A stretch of 64,000 nt of DNA from Eledone cirrhosa. Taxonomy: Eukaryota. Made by a program: the position numbers and the translations under genes. The stretch's first letter is position 1, and every line of letters begins with the position of its first letter. The notes under the pieces were generated by a model that was not told the DNA's origin, did no database searches, and saw only the letters and a program-made list of their open reading frames with translations. The DNA lies in the NCBI GenBank assembly GCA_964016885.1, contig OZ024744.1, positions 82,646,001-82,710,000 on the forward strand, given 5' to 3'. This document shows, one piece after another, positions 59,032-64,000 of this stretch.

Positions 59032-59240
59032 CGAAGGAAATGTGGTAAGGAACCAAGTGGACCATAACGCACCACAGTACTTAATACTTAGGGTAGTAGA
59101 GTGGGTAATAGGAACGAGTAGGGCCCCCGACGGCTGAGCTCAAGCCGTTTCGACGGCTAATTCTGAACAAGTATTCTGAACAAGAATTAGCCGTCGAAAC
59201 GGCTTGAGCTCAGCCGTCGGAGTCCTACTCGTTCCTATAT
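59030..59240. mobile_element. Fold-back element with two hammerhead 3' halves
   Basis: ~59109-59164 is the inverse of ~59184-59238. GAAACGGCT...AGCCGTC is on each arm. (TA)n flanks. Confidence 0.7.
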
Positions 59241-59745
59241 ATATATATATATATATTTAACTGAACATCCTATACATATGTATGAATAGAGAATGGGTAT
59301 TCCAGCTTTAAATACCATGCAACTTTGCCGAATATTACCATTGCTACCATGCTGTGAGATATGTTAGTACTTGTAGTGATGATGATGGTCGTGGTGGCAA
59401 TGGTATGGATGATTGTGGTGATTGATGGTGTAGGTGTTAGCAGTTGTGGTGGTGGTGGTGGTGTCGGTGGTTGTGGCGGTGGTGATGGTGGTGATGGTGG
59501 TGGTGGTGAATCACCGTACTGCCAGCGCTATTAACGTCACCGCTAACACGGTTTCTATTCCTAATTCCACTAGTAAGAACACACCACCAAAATAACACTA
59601 GTAGTACTCCAATAGTAAACAATACGTGAAACACCACAGAGTTTGGTAGCACTAAACATCACCAATATCGTTACTTACGAGTATGAACAGTAATTCATCG
59701 GCGCCATTTTCCGTTATACCCGTCACCCTTATTATCATTCAATTC

Positions 59746-59935
59746 TGGTGGACTGGCAGTATCGGTAGAGGGTCGGACGCCATGCTTTCTAGCATAGAGT
59801 TACGGCCCTTGCCTTTCTGAGTTCAAATCCCGCCGAGGTTAACTTTGCCTTTCATCCTTACGGGATCGATAAAATAAAGTACCAGTAATGTACTGGATCA
59901 TTGCTGGCCTTGTGCCAAAAGTAGAAACAATTATT
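59746..59935 (+). mobile_element. Nin-domain SINE, near full length
   Basis: A box tggcagtatcggtag, B box gagttcaaatccc, Nin domain. Confidence 0.85.
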
Positions 59936-59999
59936 ATTATTTAATTCTTCAGCGTTGACATGCATTAATTTTACCGTTCCGTTCCGTAGATTTTACTTG

Positions 60000-60108
60000 C
60001 TGTAGTAGTAATAGTAGTAGTAGTAGTTGTTATTGTTGGTGTAGTAGTAGCAGCAGTAGTAATATTAGCAGTAGTTGTAGTTGTTATAATAGTAGTAGTA
60101 GTAGTAGT

Positions 60109-60174
<66 letters not shown>

Positions 60175-60240
60175 TGTAGTTGTTGTAATATTAGTAGTAG
60201 TAGTAGTAGTAGTTGTAGTAGTAGTAGTAGCGGCAGCAGC

Positions 60241-60296
<56 letters not shown>

Positions 60297-60370
60297 CAGC
60301 AGTAGTAGTAGTAGTAGTTGTTGTTGTTGGAGTAGTTGTTGTTGTTGTAGTAGTAGTTGTAGTTGTAGTG

Positions 60371-60405
<35 letters not shown>

Positions 60406-60453
60406 GGTGGTAGTAGTAGAAGTAGTAGTAATAGTAGTAGTAGTAGTAGTAGC

Positions 60454-60485
<32 letters not shown>

Positions 60486-60577
60486 CAGTAGTAGTAGTAG
60501 TAGTAGCAGTAGTAGTAGTAGTAGCAGTAGTAGTAGTAGCAGTAGTAGTAGTAGTAGTAGCAGTGGTGGTGGTAGTA

Positions 60578-60609
<32 letters not shown>

Positions 60610-60610
60610 T
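60000..60610. repeat. (GTA)n microsatellite
   Basis: Direct reading. Confidence 0.9.
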
Positions 60611-60689
60611 CTTTATGTAGTTATTGTTGCCCATCGTTGAAGAAAGGTTTAGCGTAGGACTAATGCTAATGATGCTGTGAGATGTTAGT

Positions 60690-62620
60690 GTTTGTAGTGA
60701 TGATGATGGTCGTGGTGGCAATGGTATGGATGATTGTGGTGATTGATGGTGTAGGTGTTAGCAGTTGTGGTGGTGGTGGTGGGGTGGGGGTGGGGGGTAG
60801 TGATGGTTGTGGTGATGGTGGTGGAGCTGGTGGTGGTGGTCGTGGTGGTGTTGGTGGTGATGGTTGTGGTGGTGGTGGTAGTGTTTGGTGGTGGTGGTGG
60901 TGGTTGTGGTGGTGGTGTTGGTGATGGTTGTAGTGATGGTAGTGGTGGTGGTGGTGGAGGTGGAGCTGGTGGTGGTAGTGTTTGGTGGTGGTGTTGGTGG
61001 TGGTGGTGGAGGTAGTGTTTGGTGGTGGTGTTGGTGGTGGTGATGGTGGTGATAGTGGTGGTGATGGTGGTGGAGCTGGTGGTGGTAGTGTTTGGTCGTG
61101 GTGTTGGTGGTGGTGGTGGGGGTAGTGTTTGGTGGTGGTGATGGTGGTGGAGCTGGTAGTGGTAGTGTTTGGTGGTGGTGTTGGTGGTTGCGTTGGTGGT
61201 GTTGGTGGTATTTGCTGGTGTTGGTGGTTGTGGTGGTGGTGGTGTTGGTGGTGGTGGTGTTGGTGGTGGTGGTATTTGGTGGTGGTGTTGGTGGTGTTGG
61301 TGTTAGTAGTTTGTGGTGGTGATGTTGGTGTTTGGTGGTGGTGGTGGTGGTGGTGTTGGTGGTGGTGTTGGTGTTTGTGTTGGTGTTGGTGTTGGTGGTG
61401 TTGGTGATGGTGGTGGAGCTGGTAGTGGTAGTGTTTGGTGGTGGTGTTGGTGGTTGCGTTGGTGGTGTTGGTGGTATTTGCTGGTGTTGGTGGTTGTGGT
61501 GGTGGTGTTGGTGGTGGTGGTGGTGTTGGTGGTGGTGGTATTTGGTGGTGGTGTTGGTGGTGTTGGTGTTAGTAGTTTGTGCTGGTGATGTTGGTGTTTG
61601 GTGGTGGTGGTGGTGGTGGTGGTGGTGGTGGTGGTGTTGGTGTTTGTGTTGGTGTTGGTGGTGTTGGTGATGGTGGTATTTGGTTGTGGTGTTGGTGGTT
61701 GTGGTGGTGGTGTTGGTGGTGGTGATTGTGACGGTGGTGATGGAGGTGGTGATGGTGGTGGAGCTGGTGGTAGTGTTTGATGGTTGTGTTGGTGGTGGTG
61801 GTGGTGATGGTGGTGGTGATGGTGGTGGAGCTGGTGGTGGTAGTGTTTGGTTGTGGTGTTGGTGGTTGCGTTGGTGGTGTTGGTGTTATTTGCTGGTGTT
61901 GGTGGTTGTGGTGGTGGTGTTGTTGTTGGTGGTGGTGTTGGTGGTGGTGGTATTTGGAGGTGGTGGTGGTGGTGGTGCTGGTGGTAGTGGTGGTAGTGGT
62001 AGTGGCGTGTTGGTAGTGGAGGTGATGGTAGTGGTGGTGTTGGAAGTGGTAGGGGTGTTAATGGTGTCGGAGAAGGGAAGGGTATTAGTGGTATTAGTGG
62101 TGATGGTGGTGGTGGTAGTGGTAGTGGTGGTGGCTGCAGTGGTGGTGGTGATGGTGGTAGTGGTGGTGGTGATGGTAGTGGTGGTGTTGGTAGTAATGGT
62201 GATGGTGGTGGTGGTGGTAGTGATTGTAGTGACGGTTTTAATGATGGTGGGAATATTAGTGGTGGTGATGGTGGTGATTGTGACGGTGGTAGTGGTGGTG
62301 GTGATCGTGATGTTGGTGACGGTGTTAATAGTGGTGGTGGTGGTAGTGGTGGTGATAGTAGTGGTGGTAGTGGTAGTGGTGCTAATGGTGTCGAAGAATG
62401 TGTGGAGAGGCAGATATTAGTGGTATTGGTGGTGATGGTGGTGGTGTTGGTGTTGGTGACGAAGTGATGGTAGTGGTAGTAGCGGTGGTGGTGGTGTTTA
62501 ATGGTGTCGGAGAATGTTGGGGGGGGGGGCATATTATTGGTATTGGTGGTGAAGGTGGTTGTGTTGGTGTTGGTGATGAAATGATGGTAGTGGTAGTGGT
62601 GGTTGCGGGGACGGTGTTAG
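60690..62620. repeat. (GGT)-rich degenerate tandem repeat with internal duplications
   Basis: Direct reading; for example ~61138-61350 recurs at ~61405-61620. Confidence 0.85.
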
Positions 62621-62799
62621 TGATGGTGTAGCTAACACTGATGGTATTGGCAATGTTGTTCATTGTTCAATGGTGTTGTTAATGGTAGTGTTGTAACAGT
62701 GGTGTCAGTGTTTTCAAGTATTGTGGGACTTGTATTGATTAGGAGATGTTATGATGGTTATGCTTAGGCTTAAACGTGATAGAGGTGGTGTAGTAGTGT

Positions 62800-63378
62800 T
62801 GGGTTTGGCAGCATCGGAAGAGGGTCGGACGCCATGCTCTGCAGCATAGAGTTAAGTCCCTTTACGATCTGATGTCAAATCCCACCGATGTTAACTTTGC
62901 TTTTCATCCTTACGCGGTCGATAAAATAAAGTACCAGTAATACACGGGAATAATTGCTGGCCTTGTGCCTAAAGTAGAAACAATTATTGTTAGTTAGGCT
63001 GGTGGATTGGCAGTACCGGTAGAGCCTCCGATAACATGCTCAGCGGCATAGAGTTATGGCTCTTTACTTTCTGGGTTTAAATCCCGCCGAGGTTAGCTTT
63101 ACCATTCACTGTTATGGGGCCGATAAAATAAAGTACCAGTAATGCACTGGTGTCAATTTAACCGAATTTCCCCTCGCCCCAAATTGTTGGCCTTGTGCCT
63201 GAATTATAAACCATTATTGTTAGTGCTTTGCAGCATAGAGTTACGGCCCTTTAGTTTCTGAGTTCAAATTCCGCCGAGGCTAACTTTACCTTTCATCCTC
63301 ACCGGGTCGATAAAATAAAGTACCAGTAATGAACTAGGGTTGTTGCTGGCCTTGTGTCAAAAAGTAGAAACAATTATT
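62800..63378 (+). mobile_element. Three co-oriented Nin-domain SINEs
   Basis: Copies at ~62800-62985, 62998-63220 and 63225-63378. Confidence 0.8.
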
Positions 63379-63584
63379 GTTAATGGTGGTGGTGGTGGTG
63401 TTAGCTGTAGTTGTCTGGTAGGTTGTCGTGTCGGTGGCTGTGGGGTTAGCAGCGTTAGTCGGGTGCGTTGTTGATAGTGTAGGGTTAACAGGGTTGGTTG
63501 GATATGTTGTTGATGGTGGTGTCGCAGTGTTGGTGTTATTGGGGTGAAGGATATTATTAGAGTTGTTAAGTTTTGGGGGGTTGG

Positions 63585-64000
63585 TGTTAGCAGTGTTGGT
63601 AGGGTAGCTTGTTGATGATGGCGCTTTCTCTTAGTGTTCGAGGTATTGCTAGTGGTGTTGGTTGAAGGTGTTAGTAGTGTTGGTAGGGTAGCTTGTTGAT
63701 GATGGCGCTTTCTCTTAGTGTTCGAGGTATTGCTAGTGGTGTTGGTTGAAGGTGTTTGTAGTGTTGGTAGGGTAGCTTGTTGATGATGGCGCTTTCTCTT
63801 AGTGTTCGAGGTATTGCTAGTGGTGTTGGTTGAGGGTGTTAGTAGTGTTGGTAGGGTAGCTTGTTGATGATGGCGCTTTCTCTTAGTGTTCGAGGTATTG
63901 CTAGTGGTGTTGGTTGAGGGTGTTAGCAGTGTTGGTAGGGTAGCTTGTTGATGATGGCGCTTTCTCTTAGTGTTCGAGGTATTGCTAGTGGTGTTGGTTG
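63585..64000. repeat. 84-bp minisatellite, ~5 copies, runs off the window
   Basis: agggtagctt recurs at 63601, 63685, 63769, 63853 and 63937. Confidence 0.95.

Noticed and set aside
60191-62663. Poly-Tyr/Val/Pro/Gly ORFs
   Set aside because: Trinucleotide repeat artefacts.
63585-64000. Regular repeats as a CRISPR-like array
   Set aside because: Contiguous 84-bp units without unique spacers, in a eukaryotic context with no cas genes.

Overview
AT-rich, microsatellite-dense animal DNA with no recognisable host gene or intact long ORF. The tRNA-head/Nin-domain SINEs, RTE, Dong/R4 and CRE LINEs, mariner remnant and (TA)n/(CA)n load suggest a cephalopod (octopus-like) genome; this is an inference. 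Main contents: a decayed Penelope-like element (PLE, Naiad-like) at 12.4-14.1 kb, several other dead LINEs and DNA transposons, about 15 SINE copies, and a ~15.6 kb CA/CT satellite with a 3,557-bp higher-order duplication. Many short non-coding elements sit in (TA)n tracts as fold-backs or tandem arrays, and several carry minimal type I hammerhead ribozymes. The most striking signal is a ~100-nt structured RNA motif, present three times in a ~570-bp tandem array (17.1-18.4 kb) and once in a divergent ~534-bp family (54.6 kb). It has the full hammerhead core (CUGAUGA, GAAA, NUH), but the three core strands run in reversed cyclic order, held by a double pseudoknot, a kink-turn and a four-way junction. 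Compensatory substitutions between the two families support the pairings. It is a candidate new hammerhead topology in retrozyme-like repeats. All structures were read by eye, and nothing was folded, aligned or searched computationally.
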